The notes under the pieces are model-generated. The model did not search any database. It saw nothing but the letters and a program-made list of their open reading frames with translations, and was not told where the DNA came from. A stretch of 64,000 bases of DNA from Octopus sinensis. Taxonomy: Eukaryota. Position 1 is the first letter of the stretch. Each line of letters begins with the position of its first letter. Below are positions 53,605-64,000 of this stretch, in pieces. A program made the position numbers and the translations under genes. The stretch lies in contig NC_043011.1 of assembly GCF_006345805.1 (NCBI RefSeq), positions 27,168,464-27,232,463 of the forward strand. The letters run 5' to 3'.

Positions 53605-55201
53605 GCGCGCGCACACACACACATGCATACGCACGCACTCCCATACACATACACGCACCCATAGAAGACGGTTTTGAATAACATTACTGCTGTAATACTG
53701 TGGTATCAACGGCCGCTGTCGCTATCGTTGTTGTAAACATTGCCACAGATGTTTATAGGACATTTTGTCTTTTGTTCTTGCTGTTGTCACTGTTGTTCAA
53801 TTAAGTGTTTTGCCTGGCGTTGTTGTTAATGATGGAAACATAGCTGCTGTTTACACAACTGCTCATAGTACTCAAACTATCCACGTTTATAATCTTCCTC
53901 CTCCTCTTCCTCCTGCTCTTACTACTTCTTCACATCGTTGCCGCCGCCGTCGTCGTCGTCATCATCATCATCATCAACAACAGCAGCTGTAGCTACAGTA
54001 ACAGTAATAGTATGAAGTTGGCGGGCATCGTTGTTGAAATTATCTTTCACCTCTACCACTGTAGTCATGTTGAAATGGAATTTCTGCCGTAATGGAAGAA
54101 TCAAATTGCAATTAACAATATTTTCTTATGCTAAATCAGGAAGATTTATATAACAATTAAACTTTCTCTCTCGATATAAAAGCAATAAAATAAACAGAAT
54201 AAATCTCATTTCCGTTTGAGAAGATAAATATTTGAACAAATCAAAGAGGGGCTTCTTTAAGATACGTCTTTTCTTTGTAAATCCAGCGGCAACAGCAATA
54301 TAATCATCAACAATAACAGCAACGATAATATTTTCTTAGAGAGGCGCAGACATAGCCATGAGCTTGCATAGCAAACTCGTGGAGCATGGTTCGATTCCAC
54401 AGACGCAGTACAATGAGCAAGGATACTGTAGATATGCGTTGATTATTCTTTGTGAGACAAATAAATCTGGGCAGCAAAAACTGTTTAGAGTGAAAATACC
54501 CTCTTCTGCCGTTTTTGCGTTTGAGTCAACAAGATTTTAGCACTCAAAATATAGGATCGCTTTCTGTGTAAGTGTCAGTGATTTTCAACACCGCTAGCGA
54601 GGAATGCAGAATATTCACGAAGTCATAATCATCTAATACGAAAAGGGTAGCACTCTAGGATTAAAAAAAACTAGCTGCCCCCTTGTAATGTTTCTAAACA
54701 CTGACATTTACGGGGTGAGAGAAACCGCGGTTTAAGCGTAGAAATTGTATTGTTTCTTACACAAAACGGCTGATGAGTTGTATTTCCACGTCTTTAATTG
54801 CTGTCTATACTTTCAATTACTATTATTTATAATTCTAGTGCACGAAGTTCAAATTTTTGTTTCTCTACCCGCCTCACTTTCTGTTTCCTGTACATGCATA
54901 CACACATGGGTGCGCATGACACACGCGGACAGACAGACAGACGCATGCACCTCCTCTCTCTCTTATGTACTTAACTCGTACATAGCAGCTGTCTTCTTTT
55001 ACAGACAATAATTCAGAGAAAAGTATCGAAGAATTTAGGAACAAATATTAAGTCAAAGAAAACAATAAAACAAATGGAAACAATGTTGAGTTCTCTTGAC
55101 ACACACGCACACACACACATACGTGTGTGTATGCGTGTGTGCGTGAGTATGTGTGTAACTATGTATGTTTGTATCACTTTCTGTATATAATATATATATA
55201 T

Positions 55202-55277
<76 letters not shown>

Positions 55278-55879
55278 TGTGTGTGTGTATAACCACACAC
55301 GTATAGGAGGAAAAGCACAAAGATAGTTGTGTAAAGATGTGCATATAAGAGGATTGTTTAAACTGCATCTTTTATAATTACGCTATTTGGTATGTTATGA
55401 GATCAAAGTCAACCGATGTGACCAATAGTTTACAGAAATGGATGTAGATATAATCGAGATGAAAGAATAGGAGTTTTGTGCGTGTAACTTTAGTTTAATT
55501 TCAAGAACAAAAAAATAATGATGCAAATATTTCTAGTTAGGTATAGTATATAGAAATAAACTTGTATATCGAGCAAAGGTTTCATACAAAATCAATTGGT
55601 GTTGTGTCAGTATGCTTAGTTATAAGTAAATCAGTAGTTTGTGAACGGAGCTAAATATTTTACGAGGGCGGGATAATAGATAGAATATTCGCGTTTTAGT
55701 AATTGCAGATGATTTCATAACATAAACTTCAGAAGTAAACATGAAACTAAGCAGACATCAAGGATGAGATTAAGCACAAATTACAGCGATAATGTTAAGG
55801 GTGATCAAAGTGAAGGATGATGATATCTGACAAGAACAAGAACAACGATATTTCTACTTCTACTACTACTACTACTACT

Positions 55880-56081
55880 AAAGGCACAAGGCCTGAAATT
55901 TGTGGGAAGGTGGGATAGTCGATTACATCGACCCCATGTTTCACTGGTAATTAATTTATCGATGCTGAAAGGACGAAAGGTAAAGTCGGCCTCGGCAGAA
56001 TATGAACTCAGAACGTAAAGACGGACGAAATACTACTAAAAATTTCCCCCGGCATGCTGACGATTCTGCCAGCTCGCCGCC

Positions 56082-56083
<2 letters not shown>
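55880..56083 (-). mobile_element. SINE family A
   Basis: aaggcacaaggcctgaaattt...cgattctgccagctcgccgcctt, followed by (AAT)n. Confidence 0.85.
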
Positions 56084-56151
<68 letters not shown>

Positions 56152-56153
<2 letters not shown>

Positions 56154-56690
56154 GGCAGTGGCTCTCATGGCTTCTGATCTTAACTGATTGGTAGTGTTAT
56201 CATGTACATTGTTTTGTCTTGGTATAAAAGATGGGCTACAGCAAATATTCTGCTCAATACCACAGATTTGCTTGTCAGTTGTTTGACCTTAACCAGTTGA
56301 GCATGTCCCTTAGTAGCTGACGATATGTGCATCTCTGATCACGAGCAGAAGTAGTGGGGGAGCATCATAGCCATGTGTTGAGAGGGATTCTTTGGGGTTT
56401 GAATAATTCACCTCTGGAAACATGGGTGGTTCTTTCAACATCCTTAAACAATCCTTATTCAGGGACCTTTTGAGCGGGATGGGCTACTCAACCTGAAGAA
56501 AATTCTAACTGGGCCCCACCTGCAAGGTCATGTGCTGTTTATCTTGATATGAGATCACCATGTCGCGCACATATGGTTGTGATGCATGTGCCTGGTGTAC
56601 CCTTATCAGACGGGTAGTCATGATGGGTATATTGGGCTTCGTATATTTTACCCCAGTGTCACTTTGATGGCATGCACTGCTCTCTCACTC
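56152..56690. mobile_element. 539-bp unclassified insertion within (AAT)n
   Basis: A sharp-edged block of much higher GC between two perfect (AAT)n tracts, with no ORF, TIR or tRNA boxes that I could see. Confidence 0.6.
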
Positions 56691-56734
<44 letters not shown>

Positions 56735-56789
56735 TAATAATAATAATAATCATCATACTAATAATAATACTCATAATAATAATAGTAAC

Positions 56790-57390
<601 letters not shown>

Positions 57391-57552
57391 TTGTTGTGGA
57401 GGGATCCTGATCACGCCCACGTGACTGAAAGTGGACTAACGCATTTCAATAAAATAAAGAAACTGTGTAAACTGTGAGTAGTTGACAGCCATAGAAAAGG
57501 ATAGATCGATCAAAAATCCACTACTGGAAATCAAAACCAGAATCTATAATTC

Positions 57553-57772
57553 CATGGGGTGCCGAAAAGTTCCTGGCTTTGGATAAAAAAAAGATATAGG
57601 AGGATAAGTTAATTATGATTTTATTCAGAATATTTCCCTCTCAGATTCACACACTAATGGCAGCAGTCCTTCAGTTTTTCTAAGGCCAGTAAAAAAACTC
57701 AGAAGGTTGGACCTCCAAGCAGGCCTTTTGCAATAAGCCTTAAATCCAGGAACTTTTCAGAACTCCTTCGTA
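57553..57772. mobile_element. Mariner-type MITE
   Basis: Left ggggtgccgaaaagttcctgg; right ccaggaacttttcagaactccttcg-TA. Confidence 0.65.
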
Positions 57773-58742
57773 TATCTCATGCAGTGGTAGTTGTTTGGGA
57801 TGAAATACGGAATCACACAAGTTTGTGTCGGTCAAATTACGCTTCAAAGAACAAACATCGATCTCTTGGCGATAACATATTCAAATCTCTATCACTACAT
57901 TAAGCAAATTTATGGTCTAAAATGATCGGCCATGTTTCCGTTGTCTGCTTGAGGTTGATTAAACCTTGTTTACACTTCAGGGAAATCTCCTCCTGTGCAC
58001 TACCGCGGTATACACCAGTTAAATCTTAGTCGAATAATTCTGGTATTTCCGAATACAGGCCTTTGAAAGCGCGGAAATTTTCCCTTAGCTAAGCCATTCA
58101 GTACTCCCCGTGTATCAGTTATTGTTATATGCTTTTCACACCACTTCAACCTTTTCTGGAGGTGTAGGAAACTGTTCCGATTCATCATTCCTCTTAAATC
58201 ATTCAACAAAATGCTCATGAAATTTCGCAAGTATTTTCTGTGAATCAAAAACTACACGCTTGAGTACTAAAATCAAAGAAAAAGACATTATATTGACTTT
58301 AATGTTACATCACGTATTTGCTAATAGCATTAAGAAAAAATATTTGATTGAACAAGATGAATCACGGTTGCACAGGCGTGCCGATTATGTACAACATTGT
58401 GAAGGAACTCAAAGACTAATTAAAAGCGATTCACTTTTTTTTACAGTTTTCAGCTTCAACAAATGAAAATAGTTTCTTTAACCACTGTAAAACAGAATAT
58501 TTCCTTGAATTGACGAATGTAACTTTCTTATCAATTACAGAAATAAAGAATTATAAACAAATATTTCAAATTAAACCCTGCAGTAATAGGGTATTATAGA
58601 TGTTTTATGTTATATTTTTTTTATGTTAGAAGGATAAATTAGCAAGCAGAATTGTCGGCAACCTAATATTTCTATATTATTAACACCTAATACCAGGCCT
58701 ACGGTAGCAGAACTAGTAGCGCATCCGGGAATGTACGTTATA

Positions 58743-59310
58743 TTGGGTTGTCCGGAAAGTTCGTGCCGATTTATAGTAGCTTACCTTTCGACTTATTTTA
58801 GAACATGGTTGAGTCCATAAAATAGGATTTGACTACACCGCCATTTAAAGCACAGTTTAAGCTATCTTTTCGTGGAAGAAGATTTATGTTCCTATAACCT
58901 GTGTTAATTCTGTAACCCTTTATAATGGATGATAAGAAAGTTCATTTTCGGCAGTTGATACTTTGGGAACCAGACAAAAATTGCTGCAGCTCGGCTGGGA
59001 TGTGTTACCCCCACCCTCCATATTCACCAGATATTACGCCTTCAGATTTTCACTTATTCAGGTCTCTGCAGAATAGTCTTAATGGTAAAAATTTCAATTC
59101 CTTGGATGACGTAAAAAGATACCTTGATGAATTATTTGCCATGAAACCACCTCAATTCTGGGAAGAGGGTATTTTCAAGTAAAGGAAAGATGGAGACGCA
59201 TTGTGAAACAAAATGGTTTCATATTTGGTTGATTAAAAACTGTAATGGCAAGTATTTATTGACCTTTTTCTTTCCGTTAAAAATCTGCACGAACTTTCCG
59301 GACAACCCAG
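58743..59310 (+). mobile_element. Internally deleted mariner transposon
   Basis: 30-bp TIRs ttgggttgtccggaaagttcgtgccgattt / aaatctgcacgaactttccggacaacccag (2 mismatches) with TA on both sides. ORF 58925-59182 carries HPPYSPDITPSDFHLF, the mariner YSPDLAPSD motif. Confidence 0.9.
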
Positions 59311-60254
59311 TATCAGCGCATGTCTTTAACATTTCTGCATCCAAGCACCATTCTAGTCAGCGTTTTTTAAACATTCTCCCGGAGTTGATAAAGTGCTTGT
59401 TGTGTTAACATTTTACTTCCAATTAGACCTCAGCTGATCAAAGATCTTCAAACTATGGCCGTTCTGTCGTCTTTTAGAGATTTTTGTATATCTAGCAACA
59501 CATTAACTAACGAGTCTCCCCTCCATTTTTTCAAGACTGTAGAATGAAATTTGATGGAAAATTGGCTAATATTTCTGATAATCCTAGCGACTTCGTAGAG
59601 TCTCCCTTATTAGCTATGAGTTGCAAGGCAATCTCTGCCCTATTGCTGCTTATGTCTAACATTACAATAATTTTTGTATGCAATCATTATAAACATGTGT
59701 ATGAATGGGGTGAATCTTCAACATATTAATTTATGATATATCAAATTATGACAGGGTATGATCAGATGGACATTGTCTCAGTGTCTGATATAATTTAAAC
59801 AAGGGTTTATAGAAACCACCAAATGTATTGTCTGAGAAGGATGAGCGATTATAAAATCAACACTTGTAACACAAGTGTAATCGATTTAATCGGTCAAAAT
59901 CTGTGCCTTTCTTTGTGTGTAGGATTCATTATTGCGTTAGATGGCTTTTATTATAAAGTGATACACACGGAAACTGCTTATTTACATTATTGAATTCTGT
60001 GAAAGACTGATTAAATACCGATATTACTGCAATCCTACTTTTACCATAAATTTCTGTCAAATATCCTGCTGACAAAGCTAGTTTGCTGAAGGAGATACAA
60101 TAGAATGCAAAGTAATTAATGAACTATTTGCAGATCTGTTGCGGACAACATGAGCCTGGGACATCCAATTAGTTTCATATTGTTCTGGAATGTCAGCCAA
60201 GTATAATTAAACTAATTATTAAATGTTACTTTGAAATACTAAATGAAATTATTT

Positions 60255-60875
60255 CCTTCCTTTCTATTCCTCCTTTTTTTGTCCTCCTGCCCCTCTTCTT
60301 TCTCCTCCCCCTCCTCCTCTTCTTCTTCCTTTTCTTCCTCCTCCTCCTCCTCCTCTCCTCCTCCCCTTCTTCCCCCCTTCCTCCTCTTCGTCTTCATCCC
60401 CTCTTCATCTCCGTCTTCCTCCCGCTCTTCCTCTTCGTCTTCTTCCTCCTCATCTTCCTCCTCCCCTTCCTCCTCTTTCTCCTCCTCCCCTTCCTCCTCT
60501 TCTTCTTCCTCCTCGTCCTCCTCTTCGTCTTCCTCCCCGTCTTCTTCTTCGTCTTCCTCCACTTCGTCTTCCTTCTCCTCTTCTTCTTCTTCTTCTTCTT
60601 CTTCTTTTTCCTCCTCCTCCCCTTCCTCCTCCCCCTCCTCCTCCCCTTCCTCCTCCCCTCCCCTCCTCCCTCCTCCTCTTCCTCCATTCCCCTTCCGCTT
60701 CATCTTCCTGTTCGTCTTCCTCCACTTCATCTTCCTCTTCCTCCTCCCCCTCCTCTTCCTCCACTTCGTCTTCCTCCTCATCATCTTCCTCCTCATCATC
60801 TACCTCATCATCTCCCTCCTCCTCCTCCCCCATCATCATCATCATCATCTTCCTCCTCCTCCTCCTCTTCCTCAA
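60255..60875. repeat. (TCC/TCT/TCA)n homopyrimidine low-complexity tract
   Basis: Directly visible. It explains the poly-E, poly-S and poly-R ORFs. Confidence 0.9.
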
Positions 60876-62955
60876 CATGGCCGGAATTCTAATGGAATTC
60901 AAGATACTGGTTTCTCCAGAAAAAATAAATCGCAGTCCCGATTTTCTCTGTTTCGAAGAAATCGAGCAAATAGCAGTGTTTATGGAAAGGAAAAAAACCA
61001 AAATGTTCTGTGTGTGGGAATCTGCCTCTTTCCTTTGAGTCAGGCCTCACAAAAGCAAAGACTTCGTTGAAATCGCACCAAAAAGCCTTTGTCAGGAATA
61101 AGAGGAAGACTGAAACTGAAATATATAGAAAACGGTCCAAATTGAAGGCCACAAGACACGACAGTAAAACAGAAAATCTGTCACAAAATACAGCACCAAC
61201 GCAAACGTCAACACGTTCATCACAACAAGAAAACCCAATTTTACAAATACTTTCACAACTACAAACAAATAAAAAAAAATCACGAAAACAAAAAGAAACA
61301 CCCGAAAAACAAAACGACCAACACTCACACAATCGGGTACTTACTTCTTTCATCTGCTTCAGTGTTGTTAAGAAGAACCAAAAGTTGATCGAGGAAGTAA
61401 TTAACAAAAAAACACCTTGACAAGAGGGAACGATTTTGCTGAACTCTCGAAAACACCATCGGACAGAATGATTATTCAAACCGATATGAATAAGTATCTA
61501 GATTTAAAACATAAATTTCCTCAGGACATTGGAGGGTTTAGTAAGCCCCCATCAACAACTTAGTAGAAAAAAACTTTTCCTCACTTCCCACTCAATCAAA
61601 ACAAAGGTTATTTCAACAGTTATACATAAAGACATACTCTTACTCTTTTACTCTTTTACTTGTTTCAGTCATTTGACTGCGGCCATGCTGGAGCACCGCC
61701 TTTAGTCGAGCAAATCAACCCCGGGACTTATTCTTTGTAAGCCCAGTACTTATTCCATCGGTCTCTTTTGCCGAACCGCTAAGTGACAGGGACGTAAACA
61801 CACCAGCATCGGTTGTCAAGCAATACTAGGGGGACAAACACACACACATATATATATACATATATATATATATACATATATACGACAGGCTTCTTTCAGT
61901 TTCCGTCTACCAAATCCACTCACAAGGCATTGGTCGGCCCGGGGCTATAGCAGAAGACACTTGCCCAAGATGTCACGCAATGGGACTGAACCCGGAACCA
62001 TGTGGTTGGTTAGCAAGCTACTTACCACACAGCCACTTCTGCGCCCACATAAAGAAAATTCCATTTTCTTTTCTGTAATCTAAATGGCTACACTTAGAGT
62101 AGGCTGTGTAAATGTTCAGGACCTAGACTCGGTTTGGAAGCAGAGTCACTTGCCCAACGATCTCAGGTGGCTTGATTTAGAGGTGGTCGCCATTAGTGAT
62201 ACGAGAATTTCAGGAAAGCATACTAATGCATCCGTTTTCGAAGACTACGAGATATTCTCATCTGTTGGAAGCGGGAGACGGTGTAGCAGTCCTTTTCTGA
62301 AAATCCTTAGGTCTCAAGTTACAGGCAATCTTCTTGGACCCGGACTGTAGGCTAGTGGTCATAGATGTGAATTGCACGGAAAGTAGCGCTGAACCCGTAA
62401 TGATGATTGCTCCACCACCCTCATTTAATCGGGTAGGTAAAACAGTTTCCCTTTGATTGGTGGCAGTGGCGAAAAAAGTTGTCAGGTGGACGAGATTGAA
62501 GGAAATGAGAACAGAGATATTCCTCTTTGTTAGGGGTCTCATTGACTTTTTCAAGTTTCACTTGAAAAGGAAAGTTAGGGTGAAGAGGGAGGCACTATCC
62601 TCGATTGAATTTATTTAAAAGAGGGTGAATGTTGGGAAAATGGCAAGACTAGATGGTATCGCTCTAAGTATAGACCTGTGAGGCTGAAAAAAAAAAAGGA
62701 ATTGGAGAGGGTACTTGCTCATGGTGCTCAGGGATATCTTGGATGGTGGGGTTCCTCCATTGTCCCTAGAAGTGCTCCTGTGTCCGAATGACCTCATCAC
62801 TATCACCTCGACCCCTCTTTCTCTCCTTTTACTGTTATATAATATGCATATTTCTCTTTGTTTTATCGTATACTGTGTATACTTCCTTTATCATTTTTAT
62901 CCAACCACACTTTATGACTGCCTCATCCTTCGCCCTGGTGGCAAATAAAAGAAGT
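60876..62955 (+). mobile_element. Internally deleted Tx1-clade LINE related to 39503-43787, interrupted by a SINE
   Basis: ORF2 start MATLRVGCVNVQDL...EVVAISDTR (62084) jumps near 62385 to SAEPVMMIAPPPSFNR...WTRLK...FFKFHLKRKVRV, which matches SAESIVNIVTPPSFKR...WTRLK...FFKYHLKRKVRV of the first copy. Both share the terminus gccctg(t)gtggc.aataaa.gaa. The ORF1 assignment for 60880-61420 is tentative. Confidence 0.8.
61635..62045 (-). mobile_element. SINE family B inserted upstream of LINE ORF2
   Basis: Full-length match to 1222-1623. Confidence 0.88.
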
Positions 62956-63344
62956 TACCACCACTATCATCATCATCATTACTACTATTATTATTAAGGG
63001 TATTAATTTTGGGTTTTACTCCCCTACATTGATTGTTTTCAATGCACCTAAGGACCTCAACCTACCCTTCAAAGAATTTATTTAATGCAAACATGAGATA
63101 GGTACTACCGTTCCCAGTCAGAAAGGACTGGGAGTAATGGTAATTAAGGGGTGACTCCACGCACCCCATAACTCCTGAACTCCCGGGCTTGAGCCTTATC
63201 ACCGGAAGTAGTTTCATATCATACCCAAGGCAGATCCTAACATTACTATTTTCTAGAATGTAAAAGCGGTTTGGCTATTGTTAAGAGCCCAACATCTCTC
63301 ACAAGGCAAATTATGCTAGGGAAATAGATGACAGTATCAAAAAC

Positions 63345-63665
63345 GACAAGACAGAGCGAGAGAGGGAGAGAGAGAGAGGGAGAGAGAGAGGGAGAGAGAG
63401 AGGGAGAGAGAGAGGGAGAGAGAGAGGGCGAGAAAGAGAGGGAGAGAGAGAATAGAGAGAGAGAGAAATAGAGAGAGAAAAAGAGAGAGAGAGAAAGAGA
63501 GAGAGAAAGAAAGAGAGAAAGAAAGAGACAAAGAGAGAGACAACGAAAGAGAGAGAGAAAGAGAGAGGGAAAAAGAGGGGGAGAAAGAGAGAGAGGGAGA
63601 AGAGAGAGAGAGAGAGAGGTTGGGGGAAAGAGAAAGAGAGAGAGAGAGAGAAAGGGAGGAAAGAA
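63345..63665. repeat. (GA)n-rich homopurine tract
   Basis: Directly visible. Confidence 0.9.
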
Positions 63666-64000
63666 AGTAAAAGATGTATGTCAATGGTGTAACGGAATTT
63701 CAAAATAAAGGGTTCCGAAAGAATATCTAAATTTCTTTGTCTTAAAAACAAAACAAAAAAAAATGCAATCATTACTTTATTTTAGAATGGATAATGCTTC
63801 AGTTTCGCTTTTTGCCGAAAGTGCGAAAGTGTTTTAAGTTAGATGAAATGACTTCGAACAGCGAAGCAAGTCACGTCGCAAATTATTTGCTGTTTTCCAA
63901 AATAAAGAAGTATTCTTTAAAGCAGTGCTTAAATCAAATTTTTCTAAGGAAACTTCGTTAGATCACACAGCAACTGTTTTATTATAGCGAAAGACAATAA

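Noticed and set aside
54420-54860. LRR/LRRCT-like words on the minus strand (RNNTISTLKP, CQCLE)
   Set aside because: Too few motifs, scattered across frames, to distinguish from chance.
60239-61070. Long poly-Glu, poly-Ser and poly-Arg ORFs
   Set aside because: They are readings of a (TCC/TCT)n tract open in several frames on both strands, with no splice or start context.
63680-64000. LRKFDLS-type motif on the minus strand at the window edge
   Set aside because: A single weak motif, truncated by the window end.

Overview
Eukaryotic, AT-rich, microsatellite-saturated non-coding DNA. It is most likely from an octopod cephalopod (Octopus sp.), inferred from the very high (TA)n/(TATC)n/(TACA)n/(AAT)n density and from SINE families resembling those I recall from Octopus; this was not verified by search. 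I see no intact host gene, rRNA, true tRNA or CRISPR array, and nearly all listed ORFs are microsatellite or antisense artefacts. The window is a transposon mosaic: R4/Dong-type RLE LINE fragments in (AAT)n tracts, a near full-length Tx1/L1-clade LINE in a (TATC)n tract plus an internally deleted relative, an RTE 3' end, Penelope-like (RT + GIY-YIG) remnants, hAT, Tc1/mariner and Helitron elements, foldback elements and many tRNA-derived SINEs. Larger structures are a ~7 kb tandem duplication (8006-15230 / 15231-21917) carrying a 26-bp minisatellite with higher-order repeats, a 182-bp SINE-derived array, a ~490-bp tandem array and a ~6 kb inverted-repeat composite. The most interesting signals are an intact-looking minimal hammerhead ribozyme (26864-26909) whose family at 49240-49840 follows a tRNA-like Pol III head, next to Penelope coding remnants, and several retroelement families each sitting in a different microsatellite class.
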